NCBI GenBank assembly: GCA_002633005.1
Contig: NMRA01000002.1
Span: 2,862,687-2,926,686, forward strand
DNA: 64,000 bases
DNA from: Phoronis australis
Taxonomy: Eukaryota > Animalia > Phoronida
Direction: 5' to 3'
The position numbers and the translations under genes are program-made. Below the pieces are notes generated by a model that had not been told where the DNA came from, did not search any database, and was given only the letters and a program-made list of their open reading frames with translations. Positions within the stretch are counted from its first letter, which is position 1. Every line of letters begins with the position of its first letter. Of this stretch, positions 37,801 to 52,200 are shown in pieces.

Positions 37801-40217
37801 CTTCTTATCGAGCTGCTCGAGCAGATATGTCACGTACCCGTTATTGTTTGTATTTGATTGGTTCTGCAGTAATTGGCTCCTTGAGGTTGTCACATGCTGT
37901 GGGATGGACACCTGCGATGGTGCAGGTGATCGTCCTTGAACAGATATAGCCTGGGTAAGAGCTATGTCTTCTTTATCAACTGGAAGACGATGACAATTAG
38001 GGGAGATTGGCAGATTGCTTAGTGTGTCGAACTTGTTCTTTAGCTTTTTCTCAATAGCCTCTTGGTGTTTGGTGTTGGGTAACGTTGCTTGGTGATTCCT
38101 TGACTTTTCTAAGGGGTTCATCAACCCCCGATTCCCCAAAGTAATAATGCTGTCCAACGACTGTTCCGTGACCTAGATTAATTAATTAAATATCAATATA
38201 GAGTTTGTTCTTGATTTAATTTACCTTTGAAAATGTATCTTTGTCTACTTTTAGAACATGTGTTGTTACAGTACTTAAAACTTGTCTTGCTCAACAAAGC
38301 TTATTTGCTTACATTTGCTGTAAGTACAACTTAAATAAGTCAAGTCCAACCGGACCTAGAGACTTGATGCAAGTATATCTGACTAGCCAAGTATTCAAAC
38401 TGGAATAACCGTGCTATTTGACATTATTCAAGTTCAGCGAAGGTCTGATTTTTGTAAGTCTTGACCTTGGGAGATTCCATCAATTTTTTCAAAACAAACC
38501 TCTCATACATTGTATATGTACCAAAGGGCCTGCCGCAGCAAATCACAGGGTAGCTAGCGATCGGCAAGCACGTTATGCAGTGGCAAGATTGGGAACCCTG
38601 CATGATTTCTGACCCACTTCATTAGTGGTGGATTGAAGAGGGTGGAGGTCCTTTTATTATGTACTGTATTAAAGATATGTTCTAAAAAGATCGAGATAAT
38701 CGCCCTTGGTCTGGGCAAGTGTTTTATTGTTGGATCCATCGACAGGACTAACTGTTACCTACTTTGGAAAGAGTCAGCTGGTTCAGCCGTATGTCCTGCA
38801 TGTCAGATGTCACGTCACTTTTTTGGGCTGCGTTAATGGTGAATACGTCTTCTTTATTCTTCATTTGTATTTGCTCGCGAATCGAAGTCGATTGCACTTC
38901 ATCCATATTCACATGCATTGTATTTGCATTCATGGGGCTTTGTGTTTCATCGGTCGCCGTCTTCATCACTTTTTGGGTGTCTGTCCGATTGACTGTTAAA
39001 GCTTTTGTTACCGCGGGCTGTGGCCCCAATGTCTTCTCTGTTTGCAGTGAGAGCGGAATGAATTGAGTGTTGCGCTTATTTGAAGTGGATTCTTTCATTG
39101 ACCTGCTATTGGTGCTCGAAAGGGGTTTCTGGGATTTAGCACATTTCTCTTTGGTGATCTGTTTTTTGATATTTGACGTGTGCCTGTCGTACTTTGAACT
39201 CTGAAAAAAAATTGTTTTAGCAACTAGAGTGACCTTTTTGATACAGCACATTTTCATTTTAAAGACATGGCAAGATCTCACCAATGTAGGACACAATACT
39301 TCAGCCAAGCAAAATTTCAGTTTTTCAATTGAGAAAGGCAATTTTGACAATTACTTCGTCCAAAATAGGTGAGATTTTTTCCATACTCTATTTTGAGCCG
39401 ATTTATCTCAACCCTTTTCAAATAGCAAAATGTATCAAAGTGGTCACACTAAGTTATGTATTGTGACGTTGAAACTAGAAGTGTGTTGTCTAATGCCGAT
39501 CAGGGTATTAGTTCACTATACACAGAGTTGAATCTACTTCTGTGATTCATCTGCAAGCTATCTGATGATTCACGAACAATGTACGGTAGGTTTTATTGTG
39601 AAGTCACTTGAATGAAACTATCTAGAAATGTTCAGCAAATGATTTGTGACAAAATATCAGAACTAGGGAAGGATTTGCAACAAATTTAGTTTTGGTTACT
39701 TGTGACGGGTTTTCTAATCCGGTTGATTACACGTTGTGTATGCGAACTTGCAAGTATTCAGGAGTTTGGTGAAAGTTTGGATTCAACTGGAGAGGGCTCA
39801 GTTCTTGAGTGCTGTTGGCTTGCACGGGAACTTTATCTTTCGTTCTGACTAAATATTCTTAACCAGACTGACTGTGGAACAACTTGCCAAATAGTCTAAA
39901 GGAGGCTGAAAGTTAGATGATTTCAGACACCAACTCATTAGTTACCTGTGATTGTCATACCTGTCCCCCCCTTTTTGTCACTCCATTGTATATACCATAT
40001 AAAAGTTTTTATTTATTTATTAATTTAGTTTTAATTCAGCATGTGAATCCAAACTGTAAATACTGTTTAATTTAATGTAACTTAATTTAGTTTATTTATC
40101 TGTTTATCTCTCCTAATTTATTTAATTTTTGCTGCATAGGACCATGCTGTATATTAGCCTTTGGCTAAAGCATGTTTTATACCTGTTGTATTTGATCCTT
40201 TATTAATAAAGTTTATC

Positions 40218-40287
<70 letters not shown>

Positions 40288-43200
40288 GCTGCTGCTGCTG
40301 CTGCTGCTGTTGCTATTATTATTACTGTGAATAATTTTTAGAACTTCAAAACAATACTATAAACAGCTGATTCCCTTAGCAAAATGAGTGAGTTGAAAAA
40401 CAGTAGGGTTTTGGATTGCTGGAAAACTTTGGTGTGAGATTTGATTTGATTGATAAGTTGCATGTGTACAAGCCAGGCGAGCATAACAAGCTTTCAAAAA
40501 GTGTCGATTTTCACTAGGAGAGGACAACTCTTTGCTTGAAATTTACTTGAATTTTTTTTTGAAAAATTACTATTTGCACTGGCATTATAGGAGTAGGAGT
40601 ACACATAACCTTCAGACTGTGTTGTAAAGTATTCTACATTTAATGTTGTTTGGTACTGACATTATAAAATAGCAAATTGTACAATCGATGTTAGTTAAAT
40701 GATATTAATAATTAAGTTAATAATGAAACTTGACATGAAAAAAATCACCTTTCCACCATACAGCACCTTAAATTGGAAAATTGTGAATGTCAGTATTTGA
40801 GTTGAAGGTCTGCTATAATTTATAATGTATGGTTATTCTTTACTGATTCAGCGAGCAATATGATCAATAATTGAAATTGTCTTTAGTCACATTTCTCCAC
40901 AAAAATAGAGATTAAGGAGAATTTAACCCATTGCTAGCACGGTTTGTGCTGTGGAGAGGTCATAAAACAGTTTTTGGTAATTTTTTACAGGAAAGTTATC
41001 AACCTTTGAAAAATGAAAAATTGACACTTTTGAGTTTTTGTGAAACGAGTAGAGAATTACGATTTTGCTTTTATATTCATATAACTTGCCATGGGTAGTC
41101 TCTTATCCTATTGATAGCATCAAATGCTGGACTATTTTTGTTGTTTGAAATGAGGAAGGATGTGCGATCTGATGAGTCATCTGCTATGATGTCATCGACT
41201 TATTTTGTTGAACTGCTTGTGTTGGGTTTTTAATAGGTCATGGCACGTCATTTGTAGATAGATAGATTGGGGTTTATTTGGTAAATACAGTGGAGCCCAA
41301 TTAATGACTTATTAGATTATAGAATGTCCCCGTTATTGTCATGGAATGTCAAAAAACGTATCATTTATGATTAAACCCAAGGCATGTAGATTAACCCACA
41401 GTGTCATAAATTATTGCCCTATTACCAGATATTGTCATTAAAAAAATCAGCAAAAATTGACGCTGTAATAATATAAAATATAATAATGTAATAATATAAT
41501 AATATAAAAATGTGAAACATCCAAAATTAAATAAAATACTAGCTCATGAAATAACTGACCTTGACATTCAACAGGTTGGGTGAGGTTGTCAAGGTATAAC
41601 TGATCGTTTCATCGCACAAACAAGCAAAGATTTTGCTGTGAGATTGCCAAACCCTTTTTCTGTTATTTCACTAAAACTTGGCCATTACCTGCCAATGTGC
41701 ACAGAATACTTCTGAAACTCTTCCATGCCATGTCACAAAGGGAATCTTTTGGTTCAGGTTGGTCACTCCTTCCCCAATTTAACTCACCCAAAGCATTAGT
41801 CTCGTTAGACAGTTTTGCAGAATTAGTTGGGAATAATCGTGCAAGTTTTTGGCGAAGGTACTGGTTGCCTGTGAGTGCAGCACTTGTTGTTGCCTGGTTT
41901 CCTGCTTTAACAATAGATGGCCTGGCAACTACCTGTTTAGATCTCATATCTAAGTTCAGGGCAACTAGGTTAAAGTTTAAGCATATATTTTGGCAATAAG
42001 AAGGTGCTTTTACGTGTCAACAGCGTTGACTGACATGACAGGCGTGGCAATAGCCAATCAGAGCTTACCTGATTCTAGTGGAAGAGTCAGCTCTGGTTGG
42101 ATGACTTGGGGGTGTAATGGTTAGGTACTGGACTGACAATCTAAAGGTCTGTATTTCAATCCCAGTTCCAATCCCAGCTTGCGCTAAGAAACCAACAAAG
42201 AAGTCCATACACTCGTGCGTATTCTTCTAAGAGCACTATAACACTTGGAGATGACTGGAAAAATAAAACGACGAAATGTCATGCCAATGTAAATAGAGCG
42301 GTAGATTTTTGAAATGATGATTGTTCTTCCATAGACTTCATGACTTCATGGGATAGATTTTCTATTTTCAGAGGCAAAAAAAGATGAAAGAGCTGGAAAA
42401 GGAAATGGAGGAGGCAGCCATTACAGAGAGTAAACAGAATAAGCTCAGACTGGTGAGTTTATTACGCACTAAAATCTGCATCCCAAATTCAAATCTCATT
42501 CCCATAGAGGTAAAAGGCAATGTTGTTACTGACCTGGTTTTTGAAAGGTTGGTCTGCTAAACGGACTGGAAATTTACGATATATCATGCCCCACCTGGCT
42601 GATCAAATTTGTGTGCCAGCAGTGGAACTCGCTGTGCAACAATGAAACTTAACCAGTTTGAGAATGGCAATTTTTTATATCATCTTTGTTTTAAAATAAT
42701 GAGGTGCATGACAGGAGGGTAGAACGTTGGGGCGAGTGATCTTCAGTGCAAATATTGCAGAACCATAGAGGGCGGTGTGGTATTTCAAAATGTCATTATT
42801 GTTCATCCAGGTAAAGTACTTGATGTGAAAATTTGTCAGAACAGCTGCAGTGGCCATTTAAATTTTAACAGGCATGGAAGTTTTGCTATTCCCCTGTCCT
42901 ACACAGCAGACATGGAATTTTTAATAATTTCCTGGTAGTTTCTGCGTATTATCTGATACTGTGTAAAGTGTACATTGATTAAATCTGCTACGTAAACATC
43001 CTATGTTATTGTATTATGTTGTTTTCTATTGTTATCTGTTATTGCTTCATTATTGTATTATGTTATTTTCTATTGTTATCTGTTATTGCTCCATTATTGT
43101 TTTTATAATTGATATAAATTTCTGTTTGTTGGTAGTCAGCTTGTGGTGGCCTGTGCTTTTGCTGGCCATTATGTTTCCCTCCGTCCCGCTCCCTTCTCCC

Positions 43201-46200
43201 TCCCTCCTCCCTCTCTCTCTCCCTCCCTCCCNCCCTTTCTCCCTTGCTCTCTCTCTCTCAGTGGACCGAGTCGGACAACTCTGTTACATCATAAACTGTC
43301 ACAGTTCTCAAATTTTGGCAGTTTGTGCCGACTTTCGAAGCCCAAGCTGCCATAATTTTTTGTTGTGACAATTTGTAGTTTGTGGAATTACATAAACTCA
43401 AAAACTGTCGTAGTTCAAAAAGCAGCCTTCAACAACATCAGAAATGACTATTTTAAGCCCCATGAGTAAGTGCAGTAACTGGGTGCACTGTAGGATGTGA
43501 TTAACAGACAATTGTTTGCATTTTGCACCCTCCACTTGCCTTGAGTTTCTCAACTCTCCCAATTGTCAGCCATTTTCATGCTAGGGAACTGAGTCACCCA
43601 TCCCCCAAGATTTGGTGAACGCATACAAACCATCTCTCTACCCATTTGTATTTTGATTGTATTCTGTCAATTTGTGCTCTGAAGGTCTGTCAAACTGTTG
43701 GAATTAAAGAGCTATAACGAATTGTCAGAAAACAACAACAGTTAATACTATGAAGGTCTACACAAACTATCTGAAGATTGCGACATTTTGTAGTCTCACA
43801 CAGCTCTGTAACATTACGAAATTTTTTAAGCGAGTTCCTGATTTCTTGCCAATTTTTCTTCATCTCTGCTTGCGCTCGTTTTCTACAGCTTGTTTTCATT
43901 TTCCCAGAATTCAGAGATCATTCAGACGGTGTTCCTGACCTACTTCCGCATTCTGAAGAATGCCACCAGATCTGCCCTTTTGTCATCGGTTCTGGAGGGA
44001 TTGTCCAAGTATGTAGATTTGGTAGTTTGTCAAGCTTGATATCTGGCGTGCACATTTATTCATGTCTGCGTGTACATCTGATCCATTTTTTGATGTGTAC
44101 AGTTTCTGTCTTACAATTGACTTGTTAACTGTTTAACAGTCTTCAGAAGTGATGTACTACAGCCAGGCACTGTTCATTATACCAAATGTGAAGAATGGGA
44201 AGGTGATTTCTAAAGAGGGATGTCCAAAATGAATTTCCCACTTTCTTATGGTGCCCACAAATAATGATGTGACGGCGTGACTCTAAGTCAAATTGTTGTT
44301 GTAGTATGGTATGTTACTGTGGAAACGTTGGTCTGAAGTGAAGTTTTTGTATCTTACATCATGACTAACTTTTTTGTTCCGGACTGGCCAATGAACTCTC
44401 AAAGGTTCTGTTAACAAGTTAAGACAGACACTAATGCTTTCTTGCTTTCTTTACCTGGACATCAAAATACTGAACACGGCGTCGTAGATATGGTGTCTTA
44501 ATTTAAGTGAGGGTGTCAATTTGGATGACTTTTAGGTGAATGGGTTGGAAGGTTATCTGCAGTATCAGTAATGTGAAATTATGAAGAAGGGGTTCACACA
44601 AACTTTTTTCACATCCAGATCACTTTTGTCAACTAACGTTGCAGCAAGAATTTTGATTTTTTTAATGCATGGATTTTTGTCATTTACATAGTTTTGTAAG
44701 TCTAATGTTCTATAACTGATGCGTAAGTGATAGGATTCAGTTAAACAATTTAAGTACTGCAGTTGCTTATGGTTTGTTCCTATTTAATATAAAATGAGTT
44801 AAGGATCGCGTTTGAATTAATTATTGACACAAACTTCCCATGAATTGATGTTGTACAGGTTTGCTCACCTCATCAACTTGGACTTCTTTCATGACCTGTT
44901 CACTGTACTCAATGACCTCATCGATGGACAGGTACGTGTGAAGATAAGTTCACTACATATTTGAAACAAGGGTTTAAGGTAACTGTGATGCTTGTTTACC
45001 AGGTTATACTTATGTGCAAATGCCTTAATTTCTGTTAGCTCTAATCTCTGAAAAGTGAATAAATTTCCTAACAAAATTAATTTTATTTACTTGTCTTTAT
45101 TTTTTACAAGATATGCCTTTTTAGTAAACAAAAATACTTGACTTTGAACAGAAAAGCCTTCAAAAATCAAGAGTATGGCCGTTTTTACTCATAATACTTT
45201 GAAAAGTCGATAATTAAGGATTAAGACCTATTTCCAAAATCTGAGACAAGGTTCCCTCAAAAATGCCATTATCAACATGTTGACAAAAAACATGATTGGA
45301 GAAACAATATTTTTAAAATCTGTTCAACAAAATGAAAAAAAATTACTGAAAAACGCATATCTCGTGAAAAAAGGTAAGTAAATAAGGTTAATACATTATG
45401 TTAGGAAATTTAGTCACTTCAGAAAATATATTACTTTGTAGGGGTTAGAGCTAACTGAATTTGATATATTTGCATATAAGTACAACCTGGTAAACAAGGT
45501 TCACAGTTACCTTTATATTCAGTGCTAGTTTGACAAATGTTGAGTACTGTGCCTGGAAACAATTTGGAGATAACTACATTATAGATTTACAAGATGGAAA
45601 ATGATCCCCAACGTTTTGAATGTACTGCAGTATTCTTTTTCAAGGGAATAAAAAGTGTAGGGCTTACATAGACCAAAAGTCCTAAGAAACCCAAATGTGA
45701 TTGGCAGTGAAAGAACCTAAAGTGATTGGCCAGTAGTTCTTTCACTGCCAGTCACATTGGGTTTCCTAGAAGGTTTAGTCTATATAAGTCTACAGTCTTT
45801 TAAGTCACCATTCACTACTTGCTCACTTGGTGGCACTGCAAGAATGACTGTTGTGCACTGTTACTTAAGACAGAATGCCTCCTTTTAGCATCTATTTTAA
45901 AAATTTAAACAATGCAAGTGTGAAAGCATGCGTGTCCCAAACATGAAGAACCATTATGTAGTTTGGACTCAGCGCGTCATTTTCAAGCGTAATGGTGGAT
46001 TCGTGCGAGTAGTGAATCCCCATGAAAAAGAATTTTGCAGTTTTTTGAAACGTCGGGATCATTTTTAGATTCTTGTATATTTTAATTTTTACATGGTGCA
46101 CCAAAAGATCTCGGCACTTACAGTTTTAATTCACGGTGAAATCTCTGCGCCAGAATATTATAAAGATTTACTTGGAGCACCGTCATTTTGTCACTGGAGG

Positions 46201-49200
46201 TAGTAAGTAGAGTGGATAGAACAGAACCAAATCATGCTTATTGTCCTAACTTTTCGCAACGCATGTGTTTACAATAACCACAACAACTGTCATTTAGGAG
46301 CTGACCTTCCGTGAGTCTCTACACTGCGTCCAAACTGCGTTCACCATCTTGTCAGGTCAGGGGTCAGCATTGAACATTGACCCCCAGCGGTTCTACAGGC
46401 ATCTGTATTCTAATTTGTTCAAGTTGGCAAACGGTAGGTAAACTTAGATTTGATTAATTGAGTGGAGTAGATCATTTGTTCTGAATTTTCTGCTGAATTT
46501 GAAGAAAATGTGTAGAGTGCTACTGAATTTCTAAGGGAATTAAAATTGGACCTAATTTAGTATTTTTTGCTGACTGAACTGTTTCTTACAGTTTTCTACT
46601 GAATTTCCAACTGAGTTATAAGATCTTGATTGTAGTTTTTTTTTTCTAATGTGAAGTGTACATATGTCTCACTCAGAGCTACACTTTATATCCACTAAGT
46701 GATTAAGTATAGAGAAAGAAACCCTGTTAGCCTGGACTTAAAAATATCCTTGGAAGACCTGACCGGCATTCTGTAGACACAAACCTTTAGCCATTCATTT
46801 CAGCGAAATCTTTCAGAGTATGAAGCGGATACTGTGAATGTTATGTCATCTCATAATTCAACATTCCACCCTCACCAACCAATGCATTCAGTGGCCACTG
46901 TTTTGCTTAGTTGTGTTATTTAAGTCTTGAGCATATTCACAAAACACTCTTTCATTTGCGCGATTTTGTGTGGGCTTGCGTTGTTGTAAGAAATGTTGGT
47001 CTACGGAAGACAGCCCTTGCCATCACTTTTTTGTACTTTTAATAATTCTGGATGTCCTTCACTGCAATTGCATTTTACTATCAAGTTGGAGTCCCTTCCA
47101 GCACCGTCTTTGAAAACCATTGTTTTGGTTCACTGTGAGCTAATTATACATGATAACACCGTAGACGGAATAGAGTTCACTGATTGGTTCAACTGAAAGG
47201 TTTGACTTGATTTATTTTAGGTTGCAACTTCAGCTTGACCTAATTACTACTGCGTGGACTTAAAGTAGTTGTTTTATCTCTGTTTGTAAATGTTGTTAAT
47301 AAATGATCATTTTGTGAGATCATCTGCTGGGCTTTTAGGCTAGAGGTTTTTGTAATAATGTTTTAGCTATCACTTTGTGTGAACGCATGTATTTTCTAGG
47401 TGACTTAAATGATGACGTCCCCATCGTCCTTAGATGTTTAGATGTTATGATCAACAAAAGACGGAAACAGGTACCTCGAGGCTGATCCCAATTTTAACAA
47501 GATTAATGCATTAGAGATCTCCGAGGCACTTAGTGGTGTATTTGAAATGGCCTGTAGTCTGTGTTTTACTTTATGCCCCCAAACATTAGGGTCTGGTGGA
47601 CTCTCTTTCAAAGTTTTGGGGTCCACTTTAAAGTCTTGGAGTCCAAGAAAACACTCCAGAAATCATCTCACTTGTATGGTACACTCACCAATTTAGGACA
47701 CAATATGGCCACCGTGTGAAATTTTATTATGTCATTCTTTCCATGAAACGTAATGTAGCACAAAATTAAATGATATCCCATGTTCAAATTTTGTTCCACA
47801 ACTATCATTAAACATATTTTTCACAACAGTGTTAGAAGCCACTGAAAAATGAAAAGGGGCAATTTTGGCATAAAGTATTTGAAAGTTCCGAAATTGGTGA
47901 GATTCCATTATAGTAGTCCAGAATGATGCACAGCTTACATGAGAATGGTGAATTCAATATTGAATGGAAAATGCATGAAAGATTCTGTATATCCAAGAAT
48001 TAAGGGAGATGATTCTCATTTCTTTTGTTTTATTTCTTACGATGTATGACAAATTCATGGCCTGTAAAAAAGACAAATCGAAAGATGGAAAGTGGCAGCC
48101 ACAACACTGGATTATGTGCTTGGTTTTAATGTTTATTACAAAAAATTCAGTGTACAGCGTAGTGAGAGTTAAGCCCAGAATGCACTAGAAAGCATTATAT
48201 CTGGACTGTAAAGTGCTTAGTTATGAAGCTGAATTTCACTGCTGTTTAGTTGTAGTCAATATTGAAGTCTTTACTGATTAAGCACTTTGTGGTTTAGAAA
48301 TGTTTCCACACTCATTCGTTTTTTTAATTATCAAATGAGTTGGCAATTCAAGTCAAAGCTCCATTGTCAAAATTCACGATTTCAGGGTCAGTTCTGCCAT
48401 TTTTACACAGGCTTGGAAATCTTAAATATGAGGATATAAGTTTTGTGTATGGGTTTTCATTTCTTTCGTATTTGTCAAGTGATTGTCACAAACATTGTGT
48501 ACCATAAATGAGATGCTAAAACTGTCTTTGGTCTCCAGGTGTAGAGTGTGGTGTGCAGATATGGATTGTTTCAGCATGTGTATGCAGATTAGGGTGTGGT
48601 TCTAGGATTTGTACCACGGATTTATTATTTGCTGGTCAGGCACTTGGGTTCAGGGATCTTACCTGGAATTTAGAGGCTGCCATGCAACAGTTTCTACCTC
48701 CTGTGTTTGTTGAGCTCTTGTATCCGTCGTATTTCAGGTATCCCACCAGAGGGTGCTGGCGTATATCAAACGTCTGTCCACAGTCTCACTGTTACTTGAT
48801 CCTCACTCCACGCTGGCTGTTCTTGCTGCTTGCAGGGGATTTATTCATGTGAGTCTCTTCACCATTCAAGTTGTCTAGAAATATTCTCTGCCTATATTCT
48901 ACAATAATCACTCAGTGTTTTCCACATGCGCAGCAGAAATTTCAAACTTTACTGAAATTACAATATTACCTGCATTAGCAAAGCATTGGCCTGCAACCGC
49001 TGAGGAGTTCAAATCAGTCTTGGGGCTGATTTTGAAAAAGCACTATTTTCACCGATTGTGTTATTAGTTCACATAGAGGCTGTGAAAGAATCTGATTCAT
49101 GTCATTCAATTAGGCTTGAAATAATTGATACATATAGATTATTACAAGTCGTTATCCCCCGTTATCTAGAGCGACTGAGAACATGTAATGATCTATTTAT

Positions 49201-52200
49201 ACCACATACTGAATGAGAAACATTGCAATGAATCGATCTACCTTTCTCGACTCGCCTCGGCTTTGTAACTACTTTCTATGTCAGAAGCCCGGGTCGGAGG
49301 TCGTGACCTTTTAAGAAAAGCCGAGCTATTTTTGTCAAATAATGCTTATACTCAGAACCAATTGAAAATTTAAACAAAACAGAAATAAATTGAATCTATA
49401 AATTAAGGTTTAACCACTATTATAGCTTACGCTATGCTTCGACCGGCAAAATATCGTCTGCTAAAGTAGGTTACCACTAGCAACTGACTATAATGCTCAA
49501 GTCAAAGGATCCCGACGACACGATACCCACGTTCAAATTGGAGATCGGTGATTTATAAGTGAGAAAACACGAGAAAAAAAATTCACTGAATTAATATATC
49601 GTTTTTATGGAAATTATGCGTCTTATTTTTCAGAGCGTATAAATTTCAGTGCAATGCCCTTTTCTGAACATGCGATTGTTGCGCGTGCTCATTTAAGTAT
49701 TCTATTTTCACATCCGATGACGTCAGCCGCTAAGTGGTGTAGTGGTAAAGTCAGCGACTCGAAACTCTTGAGGCCCAGTTTCGAATCCGGCCTCGGTTTC
49801 CCGCCAAAATGTTATCTCACTAGTGAGATAACCTTATGGCTTATTGCACGGTTGTATCTGCCATTCGAGGCTAATATTGTGGTATAACTCTAATTATTTT
49901 GAATTTGTGAAAAGGAATATTTCCGTCAAATTTATGGAAAATGGAAACAATTAGTGCGAGCCCTGTATAATTAAAACATTTAACGCATGCTACACCTCTG
50001 TTGCAGCATAATGCCCGTACAGACCTTCTTTACGACACTGAGTCTCAGGGCAGTGGAATCTACCTACCAGAACTTGACGAGCCGGAACACTGCAACGCAC
50101 ACAACACGGCGCTGTATGAGTACCACATGCTAAGGGTGAGTAGCAGGGCTTTGCGTTGCATGGGAGGGGCCCGGGGGAGAGTGGGAGGGACCTTCAAGTG
50201 AGTGGGAGGAGCCTGGGAGAGACAAGGTGAGGCTTACTAGTGAGTAGGAGGGGCCTGCGTGTTAGTGTGAAGGACCTGTGAGTGAAAATGAATTTTGTAA
50301 AGCAAAGGATTTTTAGTTGAAAAATAAATTTATTTTCGCCATTTCCCAAAGTTTATATTATCACTGTCAAGCATTAAGTCTTAACTTTGGGGATTTCTAT
50401 GTCTGGGCGAGTCTCATTTGTCTGACATGTTCTATCTTACAGCATGTTTTTGTCTCATGTGTATCTGCTCTTGTTTGCAGCACCACTACCATCCAATCAC
50501 AGCTCAGTATGCAGGTCACATGTGTGTGAAAGTTCCTTCACAAGGTGCTGGTCAACTCTCAGTGGAACTTGCTAGGAGGTACTTTTGTGCTGCGAGGCAT
50601 TTCAAAGTTAAATAATTTGACTTTCTTTGTGTGAAGAAATGAGTGAAGAATTTCTGGAATTTATTATCTTCACCAAAAGAGATGGCAGGTTACTGGAAGT
50701 GTTTGTGCATTATTTCACAATTTCTTGGACACAATAATACATGTATGCCTTTCAAACTTTGATAATACTTCAAGTGCCTGGATGCCAGAGTTGATGTTTT
50801 TGGTTCTCTCTCTTATGTACATGATTGTATAGTTTATTTTTGTACCTTGAGGCCATAGGCCCATAGTAGAGATTTCAGTAACTTGCTGTGTTTTCATGAG
50901 TTTGGTTGAAATTCAGACTTTTAATGTTTTGGTAAGACCAATTGGCTATCAAAACTGGGTACCAAGCAAGAATTCCTTTGTTCTGAAATGGTTTACGTAC
51001 TTGCTTCCCATCAGGGTGGGGATTTGACTCCCAGTCAAGTTGTATTTATTATGTTGTTAGAGATAGTTGAGCACAAGTCTAGTTATGACTGAAACAATCA
51101 CTCCTTATGTTGTATATCATGGCTTTGAATCATCTTAATATTGAAGATAAGGTTTAACGATATCTCGAACCTTATTCACAAAAATTGGCCATTTTTACAA
51201 TATTTCACATGTCTAGCATATACCTTATCTTCATTCGTGAGGAACTTCAAATATGAAATATATACCCGGTAGCAAGAAAAAAAGATTTAGCAGGACCACC
51301 TTGGAACCGCACAGCTGTATGTAAATTTGTTTACTTATCTGAGGTCAAAGGTTATAGGGCTGTCACTGAAATCAAATCTCCCGCCAGGCCTAGAGCAGTT
51401 CCGTATGTACCCTCAGTCCTTTCATTCACCGGGTCCCCATAACGTTAAGTCAACGAGGTTTACGTAGGATAGAAAGATACCGAGGAAAACGAAGACAAGA
51501 CGTAGTTTTGATCTTGAGGGAGTTGTGCATCTGCATGTATATGACTGTTGAGAACGGCGACCTCTGTGACTTTGTGTTCTTGAAGTAGTAAGTTGTGGAA
51601 AGAGATAAGTTCTGGCCCAAATTCATTAATCTCATTGGTAATTTGGCATTTCACTGTTTCGATCTCATGCTCACAACGCGCTTTAACCCCCAACTCAATT
51701 TGTGTTGTCCTTTTCATACTTGGTTTCATATCAGCATCCCAGGGTGTGGTGTGTACAACAATGAACTGTTGACCTAAAATAGGCCAACAGTTGACCTGGT
51801 CTTGATCTAGCTTGACTCAGTTACAAGCAGCATTCGATTTGGCAACCTCAGATTGAGTTTGGCGATTTGGGAAAAACCTCAAGTTGCCACAAAGTCCCCA
51901 CTGCTAGTCAGACAATAATTCTTCCTAAATTCATTTCAAAGTTAGTGTTGACTTACAAACTTTAAATTACAAACTCTTTGATTCACAGTTCTTCTGTTCA
52001 TTTTGTGAAATCAGCGCATTTGTCACCACAGCAATCAGCACACATTAGACACATGCTTAAATTACAACTGGAAGTGACAGAAGTCGGAATTGTTAGGCAA
52101 AAATCGGGCAACATTGAGGAAATACGTGCCACCAGTGTAATTTCTATTTTCATTGACTTGAGGAATTGAGTTAGAGAATGAATATACGTTTATGGGGAGA

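Noticed and set aside
43003-43368. 121-aa hydrophobic ORF
   Set aside because: Derives from (tattgt)-like and CT-rich low-complexity sequence with an N join.
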